Source of the DNA: Nitrospirota bacterium
GTDB lineage: Bacteria > Nitrospirota > JACRHJ01
Assembly (NCBI GenBank): GCA_963845245.1
Contig: CAWJRJ010000018.1
Span: 128,001-192,000 of the forward strand
Length of the DNA stretch: 64,000 nt
Direction of reading: 5' to 3'
Below the pieces are notes generated by a model. It was not told where the DNA came from, searched no databases, and saw only the letters and a program-made list of their open reading frames with translations. The translations under genes were made by a program, and so were the position numbers. This document shows, piece by piece, positions 35,080 through 44,617 of the stretch (position 1 is its first letter; each line of letters begins with the position of its first letter).

Positions 35080-35741
35080 CAGGCCCTTCCACCCATGGTG
35101 TTCCCGAAAACGTTATCCGCTGTCTTAATGGCCTTGGGGACGTATTCGGTCTCTTTTATGATTACGTTGGAGGTCTCCCAGAACGAGGAGAGCAGCTTGA
35201 TACTGAGTGGTGCGTCCTTGAGTGGGCTACCCTTCGGTATACGTACGCTTGTACTGGATAAGCTGAGTTTTGATATGAAGTGATTTTGTGTAAAGACGAC
35301 GTTGTCGCCTTTCATGCAGAGGAACGGGAAGTTGGCCTGAAACGGCACGTCCTTGATCAAAGGACGTACCCTGATTCCCGCGACAGGCCCGTTTGCGTTT
35401 GCAACCTCAAGGTCTATTGTATTCTTGCCGATGTCCCATGAGAACTGGCCCATACCGCACTCTTCGCTGGCGCCTCCCTTGTCCCCCATGAAATGCTCAA
35501 GCAGAAAGCCCTTACGCTCCCTGTAGTCGGCATAAGCCCGAAGGAGTGCAAATTCGCTGATACTCTCGTCGGCGGACTTCCCGTAGCGCGCTGCATACAG
35601 GCCGCCGATAGTCATGCCGGGCAGGAATTCGATTATCTTGAGGGACGGGTTTATATTTTGTCGTATATTTCCCACAGGCATGAGGTAGAAGACCATTATG
35701 CAAATGTTCTTATAGCCGGGCTGTTGAGAAAGTTTAACCAT
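35079..35741 (-). CDS. Hypothetical protein, weak resemblance to acetoacetate-decarboxylase-like fold
   Basis: 220-aa ORF overlapping both neighbours; LPG.TIGGLYAARY pattern. Confidence 0.55.
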   Translation of the reverse strand: MVKLSQQPGYKNICIMVFYLMPVGNIRQNINPSLKIIEFLPGMTIGGLYAARYGKSADESISEFALLRAYADYRERKGFLLEHFMGDKGGASEECGMGQFSWDIGKNTIDLEVANANGPVAGIRVRPLIKDVPFQANFPFLCMKGDNVVFTQNHFISKLSLSSTSVRIPKGSPLKDAPLSIKLLSSFWETSNVIIKETEYVPKAIKTADNVFGNTMGGRA

Positions 35742-37647
35742 CGCAGGCTTCTTTTTCCAGGAGGTCGTAAAGCTGTTCCCTTTTTTCTTTCAGTATATTA
35801 TAACATCCGGTAAGTTCCGAGACCAGCCCGAAATCTTCATATACCGCAGGGTCGGCAAGCCGTTCCTCAGTAGCCCTCATCTCCTTTTCAAGTTCCTCTA
35901 TATCGTTCTCAAGGACAAGCAGCCTCTCGGCCCTCCTGGCCTCTTCCCGTTCTTTCTTCTTCTCTATTGCCTGTTGCTGTTTGCGTTCCTCCCAGCTCAG
36001 CCTGCCCGCGGCAGGCGTGGAATCTTCCTGAGCCTGTGTGGGTTTTTTCTTCTCCAGGTAATAGGTGTAGTTCCCCCAGTATTCCGTGAGGCCGCCGCCG
36101 TCGAATTCCAGTATCTTGTCGGCAAAGCTGTCCAGGAAGTAGCGGTCGTGAGAAACAGCCAGCGCCGTTCCACCGAAGCTTTTCAGGGATTCTTCCAACG
36201 CCTCGCGCGAAGAGATGTCAAGGTGGTTGGTGGGCTCGTCCAGTATCAGGAAGTTTGCGCCTGAAAGCACTATCTTTGCGATTGCAAGACGCCCCTTTTC
36301 TCCACCGCTTAAGTCGGAGACTTTTTTGGTTACGTGGTCGCCGGAAAAGAGGAACACGCCAAGAAGGTCCCGGATCTTCTGTTCGATTGCCATAGGATCT
36401 GCGGACCAAAGTTCCTCGATCACCATGTTTGTACCGTCGAGCCCTTCGAGGCCCTGTGCATAGTATGCCAATTTAACGTTGGAGCCGAAGGAGACCTCTC
36501 CGGAGTCCGGCTCAAGCGCCCTGGTTATTATCTTTAAAAGGGTACTCTTACCGCTGCCGTTACGCCCGATTATCCCTACCTTCTCCCCGCGCCTGAGCGT
36601 GAACGACATATCTTTTAAAATAACCCGTTCCCCGAAGGATTTCGATATACCCTCGGCCTTCATAACCGTATCGGATGTACGGGAAGCCTTGGCGAACTCA
36701 AGCTGGAGGGCCTTTTTTTCAGTAGGTCTGGCGGGGAGCTCGAAGCGTTCCAGCCTTTTTTCACGGCCCTTGGCCTGCTTGGAATTCACCCCGGCCCGCA
36801 TCCGGTTTATGTACTCTTTTTCTTTGTCGAGCTTTGCGGACATGAGGCAGTATTCCCTGCGTCTGGCCTCTACGCGGTTCGCTTTCTCTATCTGGAATAT
36901 GTCATAGTTGCCGGGGAAGTCTTCTATCTTTCCTGAATCCAGTTCCAGTATGCGGGTAACGACGTTATTTAGAAATGAGCGGTCGTGTGATACGACGAGG
37001 AGCGTTCCGGGGTACTGTTTCAGATACTCCTCAAGCCAGCCGATTGAAACAATGTCCAGGTGGTTGGTTGGTTCGTCAAGCATCAGCAGGCCGTGGCCCG
37101 CCAGCAGCAGTTTGGCAAGTGACAGGCGGGTCTTCTGGCCGCCGCTGAGGGTGCCAAGCGTCCTCCCGAACTCCTCGGTGGAGAAGCCAAGCCCTTTCAG
37201 TGCCCCTGTTACCTCGTTTTCATAAAGATACCCTCCGGAGCGCTCGAACTCCTCAAGCATATGAGCATAGGCTTCAAGTGCGTCTTCGTATTTTTTGCCA
37301 CCATCTGTGGAAAGTCGGCTTATTTCCGTAGCGGCCTCGTCAAGCCGTGCTTTCAGTCCGAGAAGGCCGGGCCTTGCCGACAGCATCTCAGCGAAAAGGG
37401 TACGGTCCGCCGGTCCTGAGCCTGTCTCCTGTTCCAGCCAGCCGACGCTCAAGCCACGCGCAGCCGCCTTCTCGCCGGAGTCGGGTTTTATACGCCCACT
37501 GATTACTCCAAGGAGAGTGGTCTTGCCGCTGCCGTTTACGCCTATCAGACCGGCTCGGTCGCCTTCGTTCAGGGTAAAACTGGCTCCTTTTAGTATCCGC
37601 CTTGCCCCGTATGATTTTTCTATGTCTTTGAGGCTGAATACGCTCAT
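35734..37647 (-). CDS. ABC-F family ATP-binding protein
   Basis: Two ABC domains (GVNGSGKT/LSGGQ/LDEPTNHLD; GRNGSGKS/LSGGE/LDEPTNHLD), no TM segments, C-terminal coiled coil. Confidence 0.95.
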   Translation of the reverse strand: MSVFSLKDIEKSYGARRILKGASFTLNEGDRAGLIGVNGSGKTTLLGVISGRIKPDSGEKAAARGLSVGWLEQETGSGPADRTLFAEMLSARPGLLGLKARLDEAATEISRLSTDGGKKYEDALEAYAHMLEEFERSGGYLYENEVTGALKGLGFSTEEFGRTLGTLSGGQKTRLSLAKLLLAGHGLLMLDEPTNHLDIVSIGWLEEYLKQYPGTLLVVSHDRSFLNNVVTRILELDSGKIEDFPGNYDIFQIEKANRVEARRREYCLMSAKLDKEKEYINRMRAGVNSKQAKGREKRLERFELPARPTEKKALQLEFAKASRTSDTVMKAEGISKSFGERVILKDMSFTLRRGEKVGIIGRNGSGKSTLLKIITRALEPDSGEVSFGSNVKLAYYAQGLEGLDGTNMVIEELWSADPMAIEQKIRDLLGVFLFSGDHVTKKVSDLSGGEKGRLAIAKIVLSGANFLILDEPTNHLDISSREALEESLKSFGGTALAVSHDRYFLDSFADKILEFDGGGLTEYWGNYTYYLEKKKPTQAQEDSTPAAGRLSWEERKQQQAIEKKKEREEARRAERLLVLENDIEELEKEMRATEERLADPAVYEDFGLVSELTGCYNILKEKREQLYDLLEKEACDG

Positions 37648-38657
37648 CTTAAAAAGTCTCTTGCGAATGCTTTCAGCGAGGAAAGGGTATCTGTGACGCG
37701 GTTTTCGTGGAACAGCCTGAGTACGCCTTCAATATTCGGGTGTTTTTCTATGACGCTGTTCAGGTCGTCGCGGCAAAGTTCCATCATCTCCGTATGTTCC
37801 TCGGCTATTACATCGGCCGTCCTGGGGCGCCCAGTCAGGAACGAGACTTCGCCGAAGAAGTCATCCCCTCCAAGCCTCGCCAGGACCACTTCCTCGTCCT
37901 TGATGCGGGTGACAACCTTTACCCTGCCATAGCGTATGATATAAAGAGAATGGCCCGCTTCGCCCTCCCGGACGACCGTTTCCCCTTCGCCGAATGAACG
38001 AAGTTTCATCCTGCCCATGAGTTCCATTAACTCCACGGCAGTGAGCTCTGAGAGAAGGGCGGAGTTGTGCATGCCCGGGGCATCTTCGGAAATATCGGAA
38101 AACTCTACCTGGTCTCCAAATAATACGTCTGCCGGATGATCGTAAGCAGGCCAGTTGCCGCTGTCGCTTAGATTAATCGTACCTCGCGGGCTGTCCTTAT
38201 GAGTGGATATCACGTTTTGAGATGAGGCTTCTTCGAAAGGCGTCATCCCGGGAACGTCATGGGTAACTGCAGAGATGCCTGGCACCCGTTTTGAGGTTTC
38301 AATCTTTAGCCTTATATCGTCAGTTCTCCGTACGGTGCTTTGAGGTGAGGTGAGTTCGTTGATCTTTTCCTGTACTCCGGTAAGCGACGGTTTTGTTCTA
38401 AGTGCCATCTTATATGTTGCAAGCGCCTTCGGGGTTTCCCCCTGTCTGGTAAACATTTCAGCGGTTTTGATATAATATTGCGCCGCAGTATCGTCGTCAT
38501 TGAGTTTGACGTAAATATCACCCATCCTGAGCGTGATTGCCGGGTCGGACTTGTCTATGGCGTAAGCTTTCTCAAACTGGTTAAGCGCTTTATACCATTG
38601 TCCTTTGACCATCATCCCCTGGGCCTTCTGGATGAAATCAGATTTTTCCGATGACAT
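37644..38657 (-). CDS. TPR + cyclic-nucleotide-binding domain protein
   Basis: N-terminal TPR-like helices; C-terminal VVREGE...FFGE.SFL...PRTADV cNMP signature. Confidence 0.88.
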   Translation of the reverse strand: MSSEKSDFIQKAQGMMVKGQWYKALNQFEKAYAIDKSDPAITLRMGDIYVKLNDDDTAAQYYIKTAEMFTRQGETPKALATYKMALRTKPSLTGVQEKINELTSPQSTVRRTDDIRLKIETSKRVPGISAVTHDVPGMTPFEEASSQNVISTHKDSPRGTINLSDSGNWPAYDHPADVLFGDQVEFSDISEDAPGMHNSALLSELTAVELMELMGRMKLRSFGEGETVVREGEAGHSLYIIRYGRVKVVTRIKDEEVVLARLGGDDFFGEVSFLTGRPRTADVIAEEHTEMMELCRDDLNSVIEKHPNIEGVLRLFHENRVTDTLSSLKAFARDFLR

Positions 38658-38679
38658 GGCAACTCCAGTATTACAATGT

Positions 38680-40050
38680 TTAGTACTCGCTCATTTCGGT
38701 TCGGTCCTCGAAACGTGCATATTTGCTGACGAACGTAAGGTTCACGTCGCCTGTCGGGCCGTTACGCTGTTTGCCGATGCTTATTGTCGCCTTGCCGCGT
38801 CGTCCGCACATGCACGGGCCGTCCATCGGGCACTCGCACCGCTTGTAGAATTCTTCGCGGTATATGAACATGATGACGTCCGCGTCCTGCTCTATCGCGC
38901 CTGATTCCCTGAGGTCAGCAAGCAGCGGTTTTCTGTCTACCCTGGTCTCGATGGCTCGGTTGAGCTGGGAAAGCGCTATTATTGGGCAGCTCAGTTCCTT
39001 GGCAAGCCCTTTTAGCGAGCGTGATATGTCAGATATCTCCTGCTGGCGGGACTCGGTGTTCCCGTACCCGCGCATAAGCTGGAGGTAGTCGATTATGATA
39101 AGCCCCAGGCCGTGCTCGCGTTTCAGCCGCCTGGCCTTGGCCCGTAGTTCAAGGACGTTCAGGGCTGAGGAGTCGTCCAGGTATATCTTCACCTCGGAAA
39201 GCACGCCAGCGCCGGTAGTGAGCTTGTTCCAGTCAGACTGGGCCAGGTGGCCTGTGCGTAGCTGCTTCGCGTCGATGCGCGCCTCGGACGCGAGCATCCT
39301 TATCACAAGCTGTTCCTTCGACATCTCGAGCGAAAATATCGCGACCGGAAGGTTCGACTTTATTGCAGCGTTTGATGCGATATTAAGGCAGAATGCGGTC
39401 TTTCCCATCGAGGGCCTGCCCGCCACTATTATCAGGTCGGACGGCTGGAGCCCCGCCGTCATCTCGTCCAGGTCCTTGTAACCCGTCGGTATGCCGGTTA
39501 TCATCTCTTTTCTGTCGAAGAGCTTCTCTACCATCTCGAAGCTGTCCTTGATGACCTCCTTTATGGGGAAGAAGGACGGCTTTATCTTCTTCTCGGCAAT
39601 TGCGAACACGACCCTCTCCGCCTCGTCCAGGAACTCGTCCACGTTCTCCGGCTCCATGTAGGCCTTGGTGATTAGGTCGGACGCGGAGTTTATCAGGTTC
39701 CTGAGGATAGCCTTCTCGCGCACTATCTTGCAGTGGTGGCGTATGTTGGCCGCGTTCGGAATCGCGTTTACGAGCGCCGCGATGTATGAGACCCCGCCGA
39801 CCCTGTCAAGCTCCTCGCGGCTCTTCAGTATCGCGGGGAGGGTGATGACGTCTATCGGCTCGCCGGACTCGTTCAGGTCCAGCATCGCGGTGTAGATCCT
39901 CCGGTGCGCCTCCTTGTAGAAGTCGTCCGCCACGATGAACTCGATGGTCCGGTCTATGGCGTTGTTCTCAAGCAGTATTGCGCCGAGTACCGACTGTTCG
40001 GCCTCGATGTTGCTTGGCGGAAGCTTATGGAGGGGCAGGTCTACGGACAT
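38680..40050 (-). CDS. dnaB: Replicative DNA helicase DnaB
   Basis: EAEQSVLG, GRPSMGKT, FSLEM, IDYLQL, LSQLNR, DLRESGAIEQDAD, KQRNGP. Confidence 0.98.
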   Translation of the reverse strand: MSVDLPLHKLPPSNIEAEQSVLGAILLENNAIDRTIEFIVADDFYKEAHRRIYTAMLDLNESGEPIDVITLPAILKSREELDRVGGVSYIAALVNAIPNAANIRHHCKIVREKAILRNLINSASDLITKAYMEPENVDEFLDEAERVVFAIAEKKIKPSFFPIKEVIKDSFEMVEKLFDRKEMITGIPTGYKDLDEMTAGLQPSDLIIVAGRPSMGKTAFCLNIASNAAIKSNLPVAIFSLEMSKEQLVIRMLASEARIDAKQLRTGHLAQSDWNKLTTGAGVLSEVKIYLDDSSALNVLELRAKARRLKREHGLGLIIIDYLQLMRGYGNTESRQQEISDISRSLKGLAKELSCPIIALSQLNRAIETRVDRKPLLADLRESGAIEQDADVIMFIYREEFYKRCECPMDGPCMCGRRGKATISIGKQRNGPTGDVNLTFVSKYARFEDRTEMSEY

Positions 40051-40121
40051 GGTGTTCTCCTGTGATGCGTTTTGCTATTTGGGAAAGTGTATTTTAGCAA
40101 AAAAAAGGAGGTATTAGAAGC

Positions 40122-40150
40122 AAAAAGGGCGGCCCGTTCGGGGCCGCCCT
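40122..40150 (-). terminator. Intrinsic terminator after rplI
   Basis: Minus strand AGGGCGGCCC-CGAAC-GGGCCGCCCT then TTTT. Confidence 0.75.
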
Positions 40151-40177
40151 GATATGACAGTTATATCTGGTATCTTA

Positions 40178-40624
40178 TTAGTCTTTTTTCGCAACGATGA
40201 CGGTGACGCTGGCGGAAACGCCGCCCGCGAGCTTGACGCCGACCTTGAACTCGCCGAGCCTCTTGATGGGCTCGTCAAGTACCAGCTTGCGCTTGTCGAT
40301 CTCGATGCCCTGCTCCTTGAGCGCGTCGGCAATCTCCATGGTGGTAACGGCGCCGAAGAGCTTGTCCTCTTCGCCGGCGGAGTGGATAAGCGTTATGGTT
40401 ACCGCGTTCATCTTCTCGGCCATGGTCGCCGATTCCGTCTGGACCTTCTTTATCTTGGCGGCCACGATGCGCTTGCTGTGCTCAAGCTGCTTCATGTTCT
40501 TCGGGGTCGCTTCGAGGGCGAAGTCCTGCGGGAGGAGGTAGTTGCGGGCGTAGCCGCGCTTTACGTCTACGATTTCCCCCATCTTGCCGAGCTTTTCGAT
40601 ATCTTCTTTCAGTATGACCTGCAT
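40178..40624 (-). CDS. rplI: 50S ribosomal protein L9
   Basis: MQVIL...LG..G.IV.VKRGYARNYLLP; KLFGAVT; 148 aa. Confidence 0.97.
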   Translation of the reverse strand: MQVILKEDIEKLGKMGEIVDVKRGYARNYLLPQDFALEATPKNMKQLEHSKRIVAAKIKKVQTESATMAEKMNAVTITLIHSAGEEDKLFGAVTTMEIADALKEQGIEIDKRKLVLDEPIKRLGEFKVGVKLAGGVSASVTVIVAKKD

Positions 40625-40716
40625 ATTAGTGCTCCTTTTCGGTTTATTATCCAACAAGAAACGCAATATTACATAAAAACAAGGGGTAATGTCAAGCAAA
40701 AAGGTTTTAAAATCCC

Positions 40717-40745
40717 TTGACATTTTTATAGCGGGTAGGTAATAT
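40717..40745 (+). promoter_or_regulatory. sigma70 promoter for tRNA-Thr, back-to-back with a likely rplI promoter (TTGACA on minus at 40690..40695)
   Basis: TTGACA-17 bp-TAATAT. Confidence 0.7.
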
Positions 40746-40759
40746 CTTCCGGATGCAGT

Positions 40760-40835
<76 letters not shown>

Positions 40836-40842
40836 TAAAATC

Positions 40843-40879
40843 AAAGGGTTACGGTTGATTCCGGAGCCCTTTCTTTTTG
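40843..40879 (+). terminator. Terminator after tRNA-Thr
   Basis: AAAGGGTTACGG-TTGATT-CCGGAGCCCTTT then CTTTTT. Confidence 0.6.
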
Positions 40880-40900
40880 TCTTTTTGTACAAATAAAAAT

Positions 40901-40916
40901 TGTTCCACGTGGAATA
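40901..40916. promoter_or_regulatory. parS-like centromere site
   Basis: TGTTCCACGTGGAATA, one mismatch from the palindrome TGTTCCACGTGGAACA; intergenic. Confidence 0.75.
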
Positions 40917-41285
40917 ATGGTATTTCTTTTTTGTTTGTAAGGTATTGCCTCTGTTTCAGCCCTTTCATCCTATAGCGCCAGTATCGCTTAAGTCTCAGAT
41001 TCCAAAAGATATTTAACCTCAGAACTTATGTAAATTTTCGCGCATTTTTCGGCCATTTCCCGCAAAATTCTCTCAAAAACGCCCTCATTTTGACACGTTT
41101 TTTGAGCGCCGTTTCCTTTTTTTTACAATCTTGACTGCGACAGAGGTATACATTCGTATGGGGTTTTATATTTATTGATTTACTAATAATTAAGTGTATA
41201 ATACTTCAAGCAATAACAGACAATACCGAGTAAACACACACTACGCAGCAATTTTCGTTTTTTATTTATAAACCGAGGTGAAAAT

Positions 41286-43925
41286 ATGCGACGGTTATTA
41301 ATTGCAGTTGTGAGTATTGCATGGGTGATGATGTTCTGCGGAACGGCTTTTGCGCTTACCGATACTGTAACGACTATCTCGTCCAGCTCTCTAAATCACT
41401 CTTCTTCATACGGCACATCAGTGACCTTTACCGCGAAGGTTACGCCGAATACGGCGACAGGCACTGTTACATTCAAGGACGGGGCGGCCACGCTCGGCAC
41501 AGGGACTCTATCCGGCGGCACGGCAACATACAACACGCCTGCTCTGACATTAGGAACTCATTCCAACATAACGGCGGTGTATAGCGGTAATGCGAGCTAT
41601 GCCGCCTCTACATCTCTGGCCATCACCCAGACGGTAACCACCTTGACCGTTCCGCCGCTTACGTTTGCGGCCAGGGTTGACTATGGAGCCGGAGATTATC
41701 CCTATTCGGTTGCGACTGGCGACTTCAACGGCGACGGGGTGCTGGACCTTGCGGCGGTGAACTACGAAGGCAATAACGTGTCCGTCCTGCTGGGTAACGG
41801 CAACGGCACATTTGCGGCCAAAGTAGATTACGGCGTAGGCATTTATCCTTTTTCAGTTGCAGCCGGGGACTTCAACGGCGACGGGAAGCTGGACCTTTCG
41901 ACGGCTAATTGGGGCGACAATACCGTATCCGTCCTGCTGGGTAATGGGGACGGCACATTTGCCGCGAAGGTTGACTATGACGCCGAGCCTAATACGTTAT
42001 CAGTTGCAGCCGGGGACTTCAACGGCGACGGGAAGCTGGACCTTGTGACGGCGAATCTTAACAGTAATTCCTTGTCAGTCCTACTGGGCAATGGGGATGG
42101 CACATTTTCGGCGAAGGTTGACTACGGCGCCGGGAGTAGTCCTTTTTCAGTTGCAGCCGGGGACTTCAATGGCGACGGGGTGCTGGACCTTGCGACGGCG
42201 AATGATGCTAACAACACCGTGTCCGTCCTGCTGGGCAACGGCGACGGCACATTTGCGGCCAAGGTTGACTACGGTGTCGGGTCCATCCCGTATTCAGTTG
42301 TACCCGGGGACTTCAACGGCGACGGGAAGCTGGACCTCGCGACGGCCAATAGGGGCAGCAATAACGTGTCCATCCTGCTGGGTAACGGCGACGGCACATT
42401 TGCGGCCAAGGTTGACTACCCCACCGCCTCGCTACCTGATTCAGTAGCGGCTGGCGACTTCAACGGCGATGGGAATCTGGACCTTGCGGCGGCGAATTAC
42501 GGCAGCAATAACGTGTCCGTACTGCCGGGTAACGGGGATGGCACATTTGCGGCGAAGGTGGACTACGGCGTCGGAACGTTCCCTCGTTCAGTTATTGTCG
42601 GCGACTTCAATGGCGACGGGAAACCGGACCTTGTGGCGGCTAATTACGCCAGCAAAAACGTTTCCGTCCTGCTGGGCAGCTCGATTTGCCAGACTGTAAC
42701 AATCGTTGCATCATCGTTCAACCCTTCGGGATTTGGCTCGTCCATTACCTTCACCGCCACGGTTACGCCGTCTGCGGCTACGGGGACGGTTACATTCAAG
42801 GACGGCGCGACGACGCTTGGCACAGGCACGCTCTCTGGCGGTACGGCCACTTTCGCCACGTCCACGCTGTCAGTAGGAGACCACTCCATCACGGCGGAAT
42901 ACGGCGGCGACACCGATGATGCGGTCTCCACATCGACTGAAATCACCCAGACAGTTGTCGCCAAATATTACCTGTCAATAACGCCTTCGACAGGCGGCAC
43001 GGTCTTGGCAGACCCCGACAAGACGGCTACGTATTACCTGGATAGTGATTCGGTGCAATTAACCGCTAATCCGTTGCCAGGCTATGAATTCACCAACTGG
43101 GGTGGTGACGCTTCAGGTAATACAAATCCACTGGGAATCACGATGGATGGAAATAAAACCCTGACGGCTAATTTCACGAAACTCTTACTATATATATCTG
43201 ACATATCGCCTGGGACTGTGGGCGGCGGTTCAATTGTTACCCTCCACGGTGTCGGTTTCGGCGTTAAAGGTGGCGCTTTATATGTAGGTCCTGCCAAGGT
43301 AAAGACTGCTTCATGGTCTGATACGACAATTATCTTCATCGCTAAAACGGTAGGCTCTTTCCCTGTCCATGTAGTTACCAGTACAGGCAGCACAAGCAAC
43401 AGTGTCCAGCTTAATGTCCTGGCCCCGGCAATTTCTGGTATCACACCTGACCACGTGGCGGGTGGCACATCTGTTGCCCTTAGCGGCGCTTATTTCGGCA
43501 ATGCCAAAGGTAGGGTGTACACGGGCTTGACAAAACTAAAGGTATTGAGCTGGACAGATAGTAGTATCAGTTTCATCGCCCCTTCAAAAGTTCTCGCTGG
43601 CTCTTATCCTGTACATGTAGTTTCCAAGACCGGCGGGGTGAGTAACGACATCTCACTTGATCTCATGGCTCCTGTAATGACAGACTGCACGCCTTCTTCC
43701 GGGGCTGTCGGCTCGATTGCGACCCTGACCGGGCAGTATTTTGGTACAAAACCTTCAGTAAACTTAACTCCAGCGGCTGGGAAGGCCATTAGGGCCAGCA
43801 TAGCTACCGGATCAACAAATACCAGCATAAACTTCATAGTGCCCAAGGCGCCACTCGGTTCATACAGCCTAAAGGTTAATAATGCACAGGGATCCAGCAA
43901 CACGTTCTCGTTTACTGTTTTCTAA
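41286..43925 (+). CDS. Secreted FG-GAP/VCBS 7-repeat beta-propeller protein with two Ig-like (Big_3-type) domains, an InlB-B-like repeat and three IPT/TIG-like domains
   Basis: Signal peptide; 7x GDFNGDG.LDL; VTFTA.VTP..ATGTVTFKDG twice; ANPLPGYEFTNWGGD; I.P...G..V.L.G..FG repeats. Confidence 0.9.
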   Translation: MRRLLIAVVSIAWVMMFCGTAFALTDTVTTISSSSLNHSSSYGTSVTFTAKVTPNTATGTVTFKDGAATLGTGTLSGGTATYNTPALTLGTHSNITAVYSGNASYAASTSLAITQTVTTLTVPPLTFAARVDYGAGDYPYSVATGDFNGDGVLDLAAVNYEGNNVSVLLGNGNGTFAAKVDYGVGIYPFSVAAGDFNGDGKLDLSTANWGDNTVSVLLGNGDGTFAAKVDYDAEPNTLSVAAGDFNGDGKLDLVTANLNSNSLSVLLGNGDGTFSAKVDYGAGSSPFSVAAGDFNGDGVLDLATANDANNTVSVLLGNGDGTFAAKVDYGVGSIPYSVVPGDFNGDGKLDLATANRGSNNVSILLGNGDGTFAAKVDYPTASLPDSVAAGDFNGDGNLDLAAANYGSNNVSVLPGNGDGTFAAKVDYGVGTFPRSVIVGDFNGDGKPDLVAANYASKNVSVLLGSSICQTVTIVASSFNPSGFGSSITFTATVTPSAATGTVTFKDGATTLGTGTLSGGTATFATSTLSVGDHSITAEYGGDTDDAVSTSTEITQTVVAKYYLSITPSTGGTVLADPDKTATYYLDSDSVQLTANPLPGYEFTNWGGDASGNTNPLGITMDGNKTLTANFTKLLLYISDISPGTVGGGSIVTLHGVGFGVKGGALYVGPAKVKTASWSDTTIIFIAKTVGSFPVHVVTSTGSTSNSVQLNVLAPAISGITPDHVAGGTSVALSGAYFGNAKGRVYTGLTKLKVLSWTDSSISFIAPSKVLAGSYPVHVVSKTGGVSNDISLDLMAPVMTDCTPSSGAVGSIATLTGQYFGTKPSVNLTPAAGKAIRASIATGSTNTSINFIVPKAPLGSYSLKVNNAQGSSNTFSFTVF
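41660..42680 (+). repeat. Seven 147-bp tandem coding repeats
   Basis: GACTTCAA(C/T)GGCGA starts at 41721, 41868, 42015, 42162, 42309, 42456, 42603. Confidence 0.9.
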
Positions 43926-44022
43926 TCACTTGATTTGCTCGAGCGTACCTGTATAATACTTTCGAACATTAAACCGGTCGGGCTCGTTGGCAAGGTGGTG
44001 TAGGAGAGTCGGGAGAAACGCT

Positions 44023-44529
44023 TTGAGAAGAATATTATTGGTAATGGTTATCGCGCTACTTGTCGCTTCCCAGGCATACGCCGAAGTCTTCATGTACCAG
44101 GATGATAAGGGGAAGTGGTATGGGGTAAACTCGGTTGACCAGATCCCGGAGCAATACAGAAGCCAGGAGCAATCTGATATCGCTCACGAGCAGAAAGAAA
44201 AAGAAAAGTTAAAGCCGGAAAACCATGAAATCTCACCGCAAAAATTAGCGGTATTGACAGAGCGGCGCAAGTTAAGGCTTGAATTCCTGCATGATGCGGC
44301 TGCTCCAGCGGATGTAGTTGTGTTCCTCATGAAACTTCCGAAAGACGAGTACCAGGAAATGGACTTTTCGGAGATTGCAAAGTGGCTGAAGAAAATCGAC
44401 GAGTCGAAAACCATAGTCAATTCTGATCCTGGATATTCGCAGGAGGATAAGAAGGAACTTATGGATAGGCTCGTATATATAGAAAAAACCTTTTCGGATT
44501 TGCTCTCTTCCATAAGGTCACGACAGTGA
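44023..44529 (+). CDS. Secreted hypothetical protein with DUF4124-like N-terminus (TTG start)
   Basis: Signal peptide ending AYA, then EVFMYQDDKGKW...IPEQYR. Confidence 0.65.
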   Translation: MRRILLVMVIALLVASQAYAEVFMYQDDKGKWYGVNSVDQIPEQYRSQEQSDIAHEQKEKEKLKPENHEISPQKLAVLTERRKLRLEFLHDAAAPADVVVFLMKLPKDEYQEMDFSEIAKWLKKIDESKTIVNSDPGYSQEDKKELMDRLVYIEKTFSDLLSSIRSRQ

Positions 44530-44562
44530 CTTTCTCCGGTCCATTTTTAGCCAATGTGAAAA

Positions 44563-44594
44563 AAAAGGGTTACGGCTTGCGCAGTAACCCTTTT
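44563..44594. terminator. Bidirectional terminator between convergent genes
   Basis: AAAAGGGTTAC-GGCTTGCGCA-GTAACCCTTTT. Confidence 0.8.
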
Positions 44595-44617
44595 CAATTA
44601 TTCATTCATTTTTGAAC

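Noticed and set aside
40920..41285. oriC in the AT-rich intergenic region near dnaB/parS
   Set aside because: No cluster of TTATCCACA-like DnaA boxes seen
41660..42680. CRISPR array or DGR-like repeats
   Set aside because: Repeats are in-frame 147-bp coding units with no spacers, cas genes or reverse transcriptase
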